From: Sphingomonadales bacterium
GTDB lineage: Bacteria; Pseudomonadota; Alphaproteobacteria; Sphingomonadales; Sphingomonadaceae
NCBI GenBank assembly: GCA_027491235.1
Contig: JAIXWO010000022.1
Location: 654,102-718,101, forward strand
DNA length: 64,000 nucleotides
Reading direction: 5' to 3'
Positions 48,382-58,447 of the stretch are shown here, piece by piece; the stretch's first letter is position 1; each line of letters opens with the position of its first letter. The notes under the pieces are model-generated. The model was not told the origin of the DNA and ran no database searches. It worked only from the letters and a program-made list of their open reading frames with translations. Position numbers and translations under genes: made by a program.

Positions 48382-49125
48382 ATGACATTTCGAAAATTCG
48401 GCGCAGCACTGCTTCTCGCCACGGCGCCTGCTTTTGCATCGGGCGATGCGCATTGGACATATAGCGGCCCAAGTGGACCCGAGCATTGGGGCGATTTGAA
48501 GCCAGAATTTGCCACTTGCCGCACCGGTAAGATGCAGTCCCCGATTGATCTGGCGCAGGCGAACACGGCCGGTCAGATTCCCGTGCGCGCGGACTATAAG
48601 GCTGCGCCGCTCACCATTTTGAACAATGGCCACACGGTGCAGGTCAACTTTCCCGCCGGGTCTTCAATGACGAGTGCGGGCCGTGAGTTTTACCTTGTGC
48701 AGGTTCATTTCCACACGCCATCAGAAGAAGCCATTAACGGCAAGCGCTTTCCCATGGTCGCGCATTTCGTCCACAAGGACGCCACAGGGGCGCTCGGCGT
48801 TCTCGGCGTTTTGTTCGAAGAAGGCGCTGCCAACAGTGAGCTCGCAAAAATCATCGCTGCTGCACCAAAGCATGAAAAGGCGGCAACAGCTGTCGCTGGC
48901 GTGACGATCAACCCGGCGGATCTCATTCCCTCAACATTGAACGTCTATCGCTTCCAGGGGTCGCTCACCACTCCGCCCTGCAGCGAGGGCGTGAATTGGC
49001 ACGTTGCACAGTCGACGGTCACAGCAAGCCCAGACCAGCTGCGCGCCATGGCCACCATCATGGGCAACAACGCCCGACCGCTTCAGGCACTTAACGGTCG
49101 TCTGGTCGTCGCTCCGGCGAACTGA
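48382..49125 (+). CDS. exported alpha-class carbonic anhydrase
   Basis: Signal peptide, HWTYSG, QSPIDL, NNGHTVQV, HFH...H zinc ligands, GSLTTPPCSEGV. Confidence 0.93.
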   Translation: MTFRKFGAALLLATAPAFASGDAHWTYSGPSGPEHWGDLKPEFATCRTGKMQSPIDLAQANTAGQIPVRADYKAAPLTILNNGHTVQVNFPAGSSMTSAGREFYLVQVHFHTPSEEAINGKRFPMVAHFVHKDATGALGVLGVLFEEGAANSELAKIIAAAPKHEKAATAVAGVTINPADLIPSTLNVYRFQGSLTTPPCSEGVNWHVAQSTVTASPDQLRAMATIMGNNARPLQALNGRLVVAPAN

Positions 49126-49135
49126 TTGGGTTCAA

Positions 49136-49166
49136 GCTGTGCTCCGGGCCAAGCTCGGAGCACAGC
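49136..49166. repeat. 11-bp perfect inverted repeat between convergent genes (REP-like or bidirectional terminator)
   Basis: GCTGTGCTCCG-ggccaagct-CGGAGCACAGC. Confidence 0.7.
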
Positions 49167-49181
49167 CATTCCCGAGAACCT

Positions 49182-50936
49182 CTAAAAAACCGCCTTCGCC
49201 TCTGTGCCCATCATGGCGCCGCGCACCATCGGGATCGGCGGACCACCATAGCCCAAGAAGGTGTCATGGAACGCCTTCCACTTGGATCGGTCGCCTCCTG
49301 TCCAATCCTCACGCAGCTTTCGGATCATCAGCTTGCCCATCGTGTAATTGAGGTAGGCCGGATCATAGGTGCCGCGTGCCGATTGCTGGCGGGCATTGCC
49401 TTCGTCCTGATAGCATTCCTTGATGAACATCTTGCGGGACTGATCCTGCGTCATGCCGCGTGCATGCATGCCGATGGCGGATAGATAGCGGCAGTCGCGC
49501 AGCAAGGCGTTCGACAGCTGACCGATGTGTGTTTCCGGATCACCTTTATTCAGGCCGGCGTCCCACATCATTTCCTCCGTATAGTGGGCCCAGCCCTCAG
49601 CAAAGGCATAGCCGACAAAGACACGCCCAAAGAGTGACTTCGCCCGATTGGCATGGAGGAAGTTGAGGAAGTGGCCAGGCCAGACCTCATGCACCGACGT
49701 GAACAGCAAATCCTTCGTCCCCGGCACATAGGCGTTACGCGTTTTGGCGTCCCAAGAAGGGTCTGGCGGGGAGATATAATAAACTGACGGCAAACCTTTC
49801 TCATAAGGTCCGGGAATGTCGATGTAAGCGCTATTCTGGCGGTTGTACGGCGGCGATTCCTCGACTTGGGCCTGTTCCGTTCCGGGGATGGACACGATAG
49901 TGTTGTCGATGAGGAACTGACGGAGAACCGGCAGTTGCTCCCGTGCCTCTGCCACGGGACCGGCATCGGACTTTTTGGAATTCATCTTGTCCATACACGC
50001 CGCAATGCTCTTGCCCGGCGCGAACTTGGCGCATTCAACCTTCAAAGCATCCTGATTGCGCTTGAGGTCAGCACGACCCACAGCCTCAAGCTCATCAAGC
50101 GACACATCGACGCCTTCCGTTGCGGACAACATGCGGGAGAACCGTTCTGCTCCCAAGGCGAAGTCAGTCGTCGCCGTCTTCTTCTGCCCTTCTAGCCATG
50201 TCGCCATGCCGTTCATCGCCGTCGCCGCATCCTTGGCGGCGGCATCAAATTCGGCCTGAAGGGCTGGATCCTTCACGCTGGCAAAGGCAGCCTTGGCATC
50301 GCCTGTGTAATAGTCTGCAAATCCTTTGAAACCGGGGATCGCATAATTGACAAAGCTGATCGGCATTGGCGTTTTCAGATTTTGTCGGATCTGCTGGACT
50401 GCACCTGGAATGGCGCGCGCATATTTGATGAAGGCCTTCATCCGCGTTTCAGCATCAGCATAGGGACGCGCGATGTAGACATTGGGGTCTAGACCGTTGT
50501 CGAAATACCAAGTGACGTCGGTGTGCGGTGAGTCCGCGTCTTCAATCCAGAACAATTCACCCTGCGCAACATGGACCAGATAGTCCCGTTCAAACTTTTC
50601 CTCGGCCGTCATCCCATCGCTGTTGAGAGCCTTGGCAGTGGCGATGGCATTTTTGAGGAAGGCGATGCGGGCCGCGATCCCATCTTCGCTCCAGTCCGCC
50701 AACACGCCATCATATTCATGGCGCCCCTGATAGACGGCAAAGCTGGGGTTAAGCCGGAAATAGTCTTCCAGAAAGCGATCCGTAAAGGCCTGCCAGGGCC
50801 GAACGGCGGGCGCAGCGGGCGGCGGGGTGGTGACCACAGGTGGTGCCGCTGCCACATCGGGCTTCGTCGCGCATCCGCTAAGCGACAAGGCACCGATAGC
50901 AACGGACAGAACGAGCGTAAGACGCTGCGATTTCAT
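49182..50936 (-). CDS. DUF885 family lipoprotein (putative metallopeptidase)
   Basis: Lipobox LSLSG|C; HEVWPGHF, EGWAHY, YTMGKL. Confidence 0.88.
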   Translation of the reverse strand: MKSQRLTLVLSVAIGALSLSGCATKPDVAAAPPVVTTPPPAAPAVRPWQAFTDRFLEDYFRLNPSFAVYQGRHEYDGVLADWSEDGIAARIAFLKNAIATAKALNSDGMTAEEKFERDYLVHVAQGELFWIEDADSPHTDVTWYFDNGLDPNVYIARPYADAETRMKAFIKYARAIPGAVQQIRQNLKTPMPISFVNYAIPGFKGFADYYTGDAKAAFASVKDPALQAEFDAAAKDAATAMNGMATWLEGQKKTATTDFALGAERFSRMLSATEGVDVSLDELEAVGRADLKRNQDALKVECAKFAPGKSIAACMDKMNSKKSDAGPVAEAREQLPVLRQFLIDNTIVSIPGTEQAQVEESPPYNRQNSAYIDIPGPYEKGLPSVYYISPPDPSWDAKTRNAYVPGTKDLLFTSVHEVWPGHFLNFLHANRAKSLFGRVFVGYAFAEGWAHYTEEMMWDAGLNKGDPETHIGQLSNALLRDCRYLSAIGMHARGMTQDQSRKMFIKECYQDEGNARQQSARGTYDPAYLNYTMGKLMIRKLREDWTGGDRSKWKAFHDTFLGYGGPPIPMVRGAMMGTEAKAVF

Positions 50937-51022
50937 GAAACAAACTCCAGACCTGATTTCTATTCGACTCGTAGATGCCACAAAGGTTGCACCAGACCAT
51001 CTGCCACGCCAAGAACAATCCC

Positions 51023-52297
51023 GTGACTGAGACCATCCCCGCCCCCACCCATCCGCTCGCCTATCGCGATTACCGCTTTTTCTGGATTGCCCGATTTTCT
51101 GCGGTTGTGGCGACCATGGGGATCGTCGTTGTCCTCGGCTACCAGTTCTATGATGTCGCCCGCACCGATTATGGCATGTCGATCAAGGAAGCCTCGTTTC
51201 AACTTGGGTTGCTCGGTCTCGCTCAATTTGTCCCGCTGGCGGTACTCACGCCGGTGGCCGGGTGGGTCGCGGACCGGTTTGACCGGCGCTATGTGGCGAT
51301 GCTCGCCAATATGATTGACGCGTCTGTGGCGCTCACATTGGGATTGATGACCGCCAATGACGGGCTGACCCTGCCGCTGCTCTATGTGATGGCGGCGTTG
51401 CACGGTGTGGCGCGTGTGTTTGTGGGCCCGTCCATGTCATCCATCGTGCCCAATATCGTGCCGCCGCAGATTTTGCCGCGGGCCATCGCGTTCAATTCCA
51501 TGGCCTGGCAGACAGGCACCGTGATCGGGCCGGGCATCGGCGGTATCTTGTTTGGAGTTATTCCTGCCCTCCCTTATTTCTTGGCGGCAACCCTCCTTAT
51601 CCTGGCATCGCTCGCTGTCGCGCAGATCAAGCCGCTGCCCAAGGTTGAAATCAAGGGCACCGCTCACCCCTTCCGGCAGATGATCGACGGGCTGCATTAC
51701 ACATGGAATGAGCGCTTCCTCCTTGGCGCCATCACGCTCGATCTGTTCGCGGTGCTGCTGGCGGGGGCAACGGCGCTGCTACCCGTCTATGCGCGCGACA
51801 TTCTTATGGTTGGGTCGGAGGGGCTTGGTTGGCTGCGCGGTGCGCCGGCTGCCGGTGCCACGCTAATGGCGCTCTGGTTCTCTTTCCGCCCTCTCCAGCA
51901 CAATGTTGGGGTGAAGATGCTTTGGGCTGTTGTCGTGTTTGGCCTCGCGACCATCGTGTTCGGCCTCTCCAAAAACTATTGGCTTTCGCTCGGCGCAATG
52001 TCTGTGCTGGGTGCAGCCGACATGCTCTCCGTCTATGTTCGCTCGTCGCTTGTGCAACTCAATACGCCCGATGACATGCGTGGACGGGTCGGCGCCGTCT
52101 CGTCCCTCGCCATTTCCGGTTCCAATGAACTGGGGGAGTTGCAGTCTGGCTTTGCAGCAGCACTGCTCGGCCCGGTTGGGGCGGTTGTTTTTGGCGGCGT
52201 TGGGGCTATCTTTGTTACAGCACTCTGGGCCAAGCTGTTCCCGGAACTTAAAAACGCAAAAACGTTCGAGCCGCAATTCAGGAAGACATCACAATGA
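51023..52297 (+). CDS. MFS transporter (EntS/DHA3-like)
   Basis: [43 protein letters not shown] start inferred. Confidence 0.88.
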   Translation: MTETIPAPTHPLAYRDYRFFWIARFSAVVATMGIVVVLGYQFYDVARTDYGMSIKEASFQLGLLGLAQFVPLAVLTPVAGWVADRFDRRYVAMLANMIDASVALTLGLMTANDGLTLPLLYVMAALHGVARVFVGPSMSSIVPNIVPPQILPRAIAFNSMAWQTGTVIGPGIGGILFGVIPALPYFLAATLLILASLAVAQIKPLPKVEIKGTAHPFRQMIDGLHYTWNERFLLGAITLDLFAVLLAGATALLPVYARDILMVGSEGLGWLRGAPAAGATLMALWFSFRPLQHNVGVKMLWAVVVFGLATIVFGLSKNYWLSLGAMSVLGAADMLSVYVRSSLVQLNTPDDMRGRVGAVSSLAISGSNELGELQSGFAAALLGPVGAVVFGGVGAIFVTALWAKLFPELKNAKTFEPQFRKTSQ

Positions 52298-53214
52298 AGT
52301 TCGATTCGATCCTCTCGACCATTGGCCAAACCCCGCACGTCCGCGTGTCCCGCCTGTTTCCAGACCATGATGTCTGGATCAAGTCAGAACGCGCCAACCC
52401 CGGCGGGTCGATCAAAGATCGTATCGGCCTTGCGATGATCGAAGATGCCGAACGCTCCGGCGCGCTCTCGCCCGGTGGCACGATTGTCGAGCCGACGTCG
52501 GGCAACACCGGCATCGGCCTTGCCATGGTCGCGGCGGTCAAGGGGTATAAACTAATCCTTGTTATGCCGGAGAGCATGTCAGTCGAACGCCGCCGGCTGA
52601 TGCTGGCTTATGGCGCCAGCTTTGACCTGACCCCCCGCGAAAAGGGCATGAAGGGTGCCATTGAGCGCGCATTGGAAATCGTCGCCTCTACGCCCGGTGC
52701 ATGGATGCCGCAGCAGTTTGAAAACCCCGCCAATATCGACGTGCATGTCCGCACAACTGGGCCAGAAATCCTTGCGGACTTTGCGGACAAGCCGATCGAT
52801 GCTATCATCACCGGCGTCGGTACCGGCGGCCACATTACGGGTGTCGCCCAGTTCCTCAAGCCGCATTGGCCCAACCTCAAAGTTTACGCGGTGGAACCGA
52901 CGCTCTCCCCCGTCATCTCCGGCGGCGCGCCGTCGCCCCACCCCATTCAGGGGATTGGCGCGGGCTTCATCCCGAAGAACCTCCATACCGATCTGCTTGA
53001 CGGTGTCATTCAGGTGGACCCTGCCGATGCCAAAGAGATGGCTCGCAAGTCCGCCACTATGGAAGGCATGCTGGTCGGCATCTCATCGGGTGCCACACTC
53101 GCCGCAATCAAGCAGAAGTTGCCAGACCTGCCCGCCGATGCCCGCGTGCTCGGCTTCAACTATGACACCGGTGAGCGCTATCTCTCCGTTCCGGACTTCC
53201 TGCCGGAGGCGTAA
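52294..53214 (+). CDS. cysK: cysteine synthase A
   Basis: [46 protein letters not shown]. Confidence 0.96.
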   Translation: MKFDSILSTIGQTPHVRVSRLFPDHDVWIKSERANPGGSIKDRIGLAMIEDAERSGALSPGGTIVEPTSGNTGIGLAMVAAVKGYKLILVMPESMSVERRRLMLAYGASFDLTPREKGMKGAIERALEIVASTPGAWMPQQFENPANIDVHVRTTGPEILADFADKPIDAIITGVGTGGHITGVAQFLKPHWPNLKVYAVEPTLSPVISGGAPSPHPIQGIGAGFIPKNLHTDLLDGVIQVDPADAKEMARKSATMEGMLVGISSGATLAAIKQKLPDLPADARVLGFNYDTGERYLSVPDFLPEA

Positions 53215-53232
53215 GCCCCCGGCTTCCTTTTC

Positions 53233-54579
53233 GTGGCAGATCGTGACCTTTATCATTTAACGCACGACGCCATTGTCGGTGCGATCAAACAAGCGGACAC
53301 CAAAGGCGTCCGTGCGGGGCCGATCATTGCCTTGTGCCTGATTGCCGCGCTCGCGCTCGGCGTCTGGGCATGGTCCGCCGGATGGCTCAGTCAGGCCTTT
53401 GATGGCGTGAGACAGAGTGCCGTCGATGACTATTCAATCAGCGTGCCTACCAATGTCCCGACGGTCGAACCGCTGGAACTAAAGGAAGTCCCGGTCGAGA
53501 TCGCCAAGAAGATCAACGACGCAACGCCGTTCACTAAGGAACCCGTTCCGCCGGCAGCACCTTTCCGCATTGCAGGAAGTGCCACGGACATTGCCCGCGC
53601 AACTGACTGTCTGGCCGCCGCCATCTGGTATGAGGCTGGGGCAGAAACACTCGCCGGCAAGAAAGCAGTGGCGCAGGTTGTGCTCAACCGGGTGCGTCAC
53701 CCGGCTTATCCAAAATCCGTTTGCGGCGTCGTCTTTCAGGGGCAGGAACGCGCAACGGGATGCCAGTTTACCTTCACCTGCGATGGCGCGATGGCCCGCG
53801 TGCCGGGCGTTGAGGCTTGGGCGCAGGCCCGTGGCCTTGCCCGCATCATGTTGAATGGTGAAGTTTTCAAACCCGTCGGTGTTGCCACACATTATCATAC
53901 AGACTGGGTGCTTCCGGCCTGGAGCGCAAAGCTCGATAAGGTCCATAAAGAAGCGACGCACCTCTTCTTCCGCTGGACCGGCTTCTGGGGCACGCCTGCG
54001 GCTTTCCGAGGCCGCTATGCCGGGGTCGAGCCTGCCGTTCAGAAGCTTATCATGCTCTCCCCCGCACATGCGCAGGTTGACGCCGATGATGCTGTTATCG
54101 GAGATGTACCGCCGCTTGATCCGACGCTCGGGGTTCCAGGTGCTGATGGACAAATGCCGCCCGGCACGCCGCCTGTCGGCAATGGCGTGCCAGCCAACGC
54201 CTATGGTTTCAAGCCCCGCCTCCAAAGCCCATCGGGTGACTTCATCGCCTTTGTTGTTCCCAAGACGACGGACCCCAGCCAGCTGCTGGGCCTTGTCCTC
54301 GCATCCTGTTCGGTAAAACCGTATTGCAAGGTGCTCGTCTGGACGGACAATCGCCGCGCACCCACCAAGATGCCTGTCACCGATGATCAATTGGCAGCGA
54401 TGGCCTTTAGCTATCTGCGCAACCGCTCCAACGGGCTCGACAAAGTGCTTTGGAATTGTGACGTCTTTCCGCGGCCCGATCCGACCCAATGTATGAAGCA
54501 GCGGGTTGTGCCAACGCCTGTGGCGCCGGCGGCGAAGCCTGCGGTCGCGCCGCCAGTTCCAGCAGCGGGGACGTTATAA
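53233..54579 (+). CDS. SleB/CwlJ-like cell wall hydrolase (Hydrolase_2) with N-terminal TM anchor
   Basis: CLAAAIWYEA (catalytic Glu), AVAQVVLNRVRHPAYP, CQFTFTCDG, ATHYHTDWV. Confidence 0.9.
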   Translation: MADRDLYHLTHDAIVGAIKQADTKGVRAGPIIALCLIAALALGVWAWSAGWLSQAFDGVRQSAVDDYSISVPTNVPTVEPLELKEVPVEIAKKINDATPFTKEPVPPAAPFRIAGSATDIARATDCLAAAIWYEAGAETLAGKKAVAQVVLNRVRHPAYPKSVCGVVFQGQERATGCQFTFTCDGAMARVPGVEAWAQARGLARIMLNGEVFKPVGVATHYHTDWVLPAWSAKLDKVHKEATHLFFRWTGFWGTPAAFRGRYAGVEPAVQKLIMLSPAHAQVDADDAVIGDVPPLDPTLGVPGADGQMPPGTPPVGNGVPANAYGFKPRLQSPSGDFIAFVVPKTTDPSQLLGLVLASCSVKPYCKVLVWTDNRRAPTKMPVTDDQLAAMAFSYLRNRSNGLDKVLWNCDVFPRPDPTQCMKQRVVPTPVAPAAKPAVAPPVPAAGTL

Positions 54580-54582
54580 CTT

Positions 54583-55887
54583 CTATTCCGCCGGAACAGC
54601 GACCCGAGGCCCCTTCCCCGTCACCCATCGCACGACGCGCGGGATCGGGGCATAGGCCTCCATCCAATTTGCATAAGCGACATAGTCTGGGTCTGTCAGG
54701 AGATGTTTCTCCTCGGTCCGCGCGCGCCAGTAATAGACGGCACTGACCAAAGCCAGCATCACGGTGTTCCGCACAGCATCGACCATGTTGTCTGTCGTCA
54801 CAAGGAACGGCAAAGTGGACAGCCACCAGAACGCATTCTTCGACACATAGGCCGGATGCTTCGTGAAGGCATAGGGCCCGTTGGTGATGATCCCGCGATG
54901 CGTCAGGTTGGAAAAGCGTAACCCAAAAGCCACGGTGGCCCAGGCGTAGATCGCCGTGAGGAGCACAAGCAGCGCGCCCCAGATCGCGAGCACAACTGGC
55001 GATCCGTCAAACCAGTGCATCCAGCTGGCATCCCCCCAAGTCCCCATCTGGTAGTAGAGGACGCCGCCTTCAACCATCAGGACAAAGGGCGGATAGCACA
55101 TCAACGCTGCAACCCAGCCCTGCATGTGCGGGTTCGCCGTGCGGATGTGCGCATCCAGCGGCTTCATGGTCAGCAGATAGCCAACTGTCGCGAAGGCAAC
55201 ATCCACCAGGAACATCAGGCTGATCAGCCAATTGGCCATCGACACCGGGCTAGCAAGGATGTCTGCCGTTGCCCAACCGACCACATGAGCAAAACCACCG
55301 GGCACAATCGAAAACATGAAGGCGAGGAAGAAGCCTTTGACCGCCCATGCCCGGGCATGATGGCGGATATCTTCCCCATTCCAGCCCGACTGTCCGATGA
55401 GCCATGTGCCAAAATGCCACGCTCCATCCCGTGGTTCCTTCAAATACCGGTCAAGCCAGAGAACATAGGGCACTGAAAACGCCAACAGAAACGGGATAGC
55501 AGAGCTAAACACCTCCATCGAAAACAGATAATTGCCGCGCCAATACCAACGGCCAATGCAGTAAACGGCGGCAATGACACCCCAAGTGGCCCATAGTCCC
55601 GCAATCTTGACCAGCGAGATATCCACCACCTCCCGCAATGGACGTGGATGCGCCCAGTCGATCCCGGTTGAAGCGCGCAGATGTACCTTATCGATCAGCA
55701 GCGACCAGAGAACCATCGGAATGCCGCAAGCCAACAAATTGGTGAGCGCCGACCAGCTGCCGTCCATGCCATATTGCCGTGATACCGTGACCCAGAAGGA
55801 CAGACCGGCAAGCCCTGCAAGGCCAACGCCTGCAGAAACAGCGGACACTGGCCGTGCTGGCCGCGTCTGGCGGGTGGGTTCATCCAT
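54583..55887 (-). CDS. isoprenylcysteine carboxyl methyltransferase (ICMT/PEMT)-like polytopic membrane protein
   Basis: FSNLTHRGIITNGPYAFTKHPAY and RARTEEKHL at the C-terminus; about 10 hydrophobic segments. Confidence 0.8.
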   Translation of the reverse strand: MDEPTRQTRPARPVSAVSAGVGLAGLAGLSFWVTVSRQYGMDGSWSALTNLLACGIPMVLWSLLIDKVHLRASTGIDWAHPRPLREVVDISLVKIAGLWATWGVIAAVYCIGRWYWRGNYLFSMEVFSSAIPFLLAFSVPYVLWLDRYLKEPRDGAWHFGTWLIGQSGWNGEDIRHHARAWAVKGFFLAFMFSIVPGGFAHVVGWATADILASPVSMANWLISLMFLVDVAFATVGYLLTMKPLDAHIRTANPHMQGWVAALMCYPPFVLMVEGGVLYYQMGTWGDASWMHWFDGSPVVLAIWGALLVLLTAIYAWATVAFGLRFSNLTHRGIITNGPYAFTKHPAYVSKNAFWWLSTLPFLVTTDNMVDAVRNTVMLALVSAVYYWRARTEEKHLLTDPDYVAYANWMEAYAPIPRVVRWVTGKGPRVAVPAE

Positions 55888-55910
55888 ATGAGCCGTTTAG
55901 CGACGAGCAG

Positions 55911-55925
55911 TTAAGGTTGATTTAC
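55911..55925. promoter_or_regulatory. CtrA-like box (one mismatch)
   Basis: TTAA-ggttgat-TTAC in the divergent ICMT/sppA intergenic region. Confidence 0.45.
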
Positions 55926-56002
55926 CGTTCCCCGAAGGCCGATTTACAGGCCACGTCCAAACCGCTAGCTCCGTAAAGACAAATCAAATTGGCGGGTATT
56001 CA

Positions 56003-57862
56003 ATGGCGTTTCTAGGCAAGGCATGGCGATTTCTGGTTGGAGTGAAGGACGCCCTAGTCCTTCTCCTCCTCCTTGTGTTCTTTGGAGCGCTCTATGCCCT
56101 CCTTTCCGGCACGCCTAACGCGGGTCAGATTGAAGACGGCGCACTGATTGTGACGCTGGACGGCTCTGTTGTGGAGCAACCTGAAAGTGCAAGCCCAGCG
56201 GAACTGCTGTCCGGTGCCGCCAGCAACGCTGGCCAAATCCGACTGCGCGATGTCGTCTATGGCATTGAGACAGCCGCCAAGGATGAACGAGTGAAAGTGA
56301 TCGCACTTGATCTCGATAGCTTCTGGGGTGGTGGTCAGGTCGCCCTGCAAGACGTTGGAAACGCACTCGAAAAATTTCGCAAGACCGGAAAGCCGGTCAT
56401 CGCCTTCGCCACCGCCTACACCGATGACAGCTATTTGCTCGCCGCGCACGCAAGCGAAGTTTGGCTCGACCCTATGGGCATGACGTTTATCGCCGGTCCG
56501 GGCGGGACCCAGCCTTACTTTAAAGGTCTAATCGATAAGCTGGGCGTCAACGTCCATGTCTATCGCGTCGGCAAGTTCAAGTCGTTCATCGAACCCTATA
56601 CCCGCAGCGAACAGTCACCTGAGGCCAAGGCCGCAGGACAGGGGCTGGCCGATGCGCTGTTTTCCGCATGGAAAGCCGATGTGAAGGCCGCACGCCCTAA
56701 GGCGAAGCTGGACAGCTACATCGCCAACCCCGCCACCTCCGTCGCCGGTGGCAGCTTTAGCAAGGCCGCACTCAACGCCGGTATGGTCGACAAATTGGGC
56801 GATCGGATCGCATGGTCGCGTCGGATCAGCGAAATTGCCGGGAAGGACAGCGACGCTGCTGCGGACACCTTCCGGGGGACTGAGTTCGCCGATTATATGG
56901 CCGCCCACCCCTTTACCCCTCATGGGGGCAAGGTTGGCGTTGTTACGGTTGCCGGGAGCATCGTTGATGGTGAGGCGGCCGCGGGAACGGCGGGTGGCGA
57001 CACCATCTCTCGCCTCATTCTCGACGCGGTTGCATCGGCGGACCTTGACGCCCTCGTGGTACGGATCGACTCACCGGGTGGTTCCGCTCTGGCGTCAGAG
57101 CGCATCCGCTTAGCCATCATGGAGGCAAAGAAGGCCAAGTTGCCCGTCATCGTTTCCATGGGCAATGTCGCGGCATCCGGCGGCTATTGGATTGCGACCG
57201 CAGGCGATAAGGTGTTTGCCGAGCCCGCGACAATCACCGGTTCCATCGGGGTCTTCGGCATCCTCCCGACCTTTGAGAAAACGTCCGCAAAAATCGGCGT
57301 CTCTGGAGATGGGATCGCCACCACGCCCCTCTCTGGCCAACCCGATATCCTGCGTGGGACAAATGCTATAACCGATCAGTTGATGCAGGGCGGCGTGGAA
57401 GACATCTACCGACGCTTTACAGGGCTTGTTGCCGCAGAACGCAAGCTGCCGCTGTCCCGCGTTGAAGAGATAGCACAGGGTCGAGTCTGGGATGGCGGAT
57501 CAGCGCGTCAGCTCGGCTTGGTCGACGCCTTCGGTTCCCTTGACGCGGCCGTTGCGGAAGCGGCCAAGCGGGCCAAGCTGGACCCAAGCAAGGTCCGCCC
57601 GCTTTATCTCGACCGCATCCCATCATGGATGGAACTGCTCGCCCAGGACTGGTTTGCCGAAGAGCCCGCAACACCCGCCCGCGATGCATGGTCAAAGGCC
57701 ATTCTGCGGCAGCAGGCGTCTATGGCAACAGGCCTGGAAGATGGTCTCCATGTCCTCTCCGGCCCCGCCGTTCAGGTCCGCTGCCTGTCTTGCCCCTCTG
57801 TGCCCCGCCAGAAAGCGCGGGACAGCTTCTTTAAAACCCTGTTGAGTAAGGTAGTTTCATGA
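56003..57862 (+). CDS. sppA: signal peptide peptidase SppA (67K type)
   Basis: Tandem S49 domains; VGKFKS, RIDSPGGSA, SMGNVAASGGY, ITGSIGV, QGRVWDG. Confidence 0.95.
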   Translation: MAFLGKAWRFLVGVKDALVLLLLLVFFGALYALLSGTPNAGQIEDGALIVTLDGSVVEQPESASPAELLSGAASNAGQIRLRDVVYGIETAAKDERVKVIALDLDSFWGGGQVALQDVGNALEKFRKTGKPVIAFATAYTDDSYLLAAHASEVWLDPMGMTFIAGPGGTQPYFKGLIDKLGVNVHVYRVGKFKSFIEPYTRSEQSPEAKAAGQGLADALFSAWKADVKAARPKAKLDSYIANPATSVAGGSFSKAALNAGMVDKLGDRIAWSRRISEIAGKDSDAAADTFRGTEFADYMAAHPFTPHGGKVGVVTVAGSIVDGEAAAGTAGGDTISRLILDAVASADLDALVVRIDSPGGSALASERIRLAIMEAKKAKLPVIVSMGNVAASGGYWIATAGDKVFAEPATITGSIGVFGILPTFEKTSAKIGVSGDGIATTPLSGQPDILRGTNAITDQLMQGGVEDIYRRFTGLVAAERKLPLSRVEEIAQGRVWDGGSARQLGLVDAFGSLDAAVAEAAKRAKLDPSKVRPLYLDRIPSWMELLAQDWFAEEPATPARDAWSKAILRQQASMATGLEDGLHVLSGPAVQVRCLSCPSVPRQKARDSFFKTLLSKVVS

Positions 57863-58410
57863 TCGAACTTCGCGCCGCCACCCCCGACGACGCTTCAGCC
57901 ATTGCCGCGATTTATGCGCCCTATGTCGCCACGAACGCAGTTTCGTTTGAGACGTCGGCTCCCAATGCGCGCCAGATGCGCACGCGCATTGAGAACGGCA
58001 ACCATCTCTTTCCCTGGATCGTCGCGGCCGAAGGCGATGTCGTGCTTGGCTATGCCTATGCCAAGCCGTTCCGCCCGGGTGAAACACATCGCTTCGGCGT
58101 CGAAGTCGCGGTCTATGCGGCCGGTGAACTCGAAGGCAAAGGCATCCGCCGCACGCTATTGCAGGCGTTGGTCGCAACGCTGACCGAACAGAACTTCACC
58201 CAAGCCATCTGCACGCTGATCACGCCCAATGACAAGCTGATCCAACTCTATGAGTCAGTCGGTTTCCGCCGCGCTGGAGCCTATCGTGAGGTCTGCTTCA
58301 AGAACGGCCAATGGAGCGACATCGGCCTGTGGCAGCGCGAACTCTCCGAGCCCGCCAATCCGCCTGCGGACTTGAAACCGTTTAGCGAAACGGGCGTGGT
58401 ACGGGGGTAA
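57859..58410 (+). CDS. GNAT N-acetyltransferase, phosphinothricin/methionine-sulfoximine acetyltransferase-like
   Basis: IAAIYAPYV..AVSFE, FPWIVA, GYAYA, GFRRAG.YREV.FK.GQW.D.GLWQ. Confidence 0.8.
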   Translation: MIELRAATPDDASAIAAIYAPYVATNAVSFETSAPNARQMRTRIENGNHLFPWIVAAEGDVVLGYAYAKPFRPGETHRFGVEVAVYAAGELEGKGIRRTLLQALVATLTEQNFTQAICTLITPNDKLIQLYESVGFRRAGAYREVCFKNGQWSDIGLWQRELSEPANPPADLKPFSETGVVRG

Positions 58411-58447
58411 CGGCCTCCGTAGATTAAGGCATAGAAGAGGATAGAAC

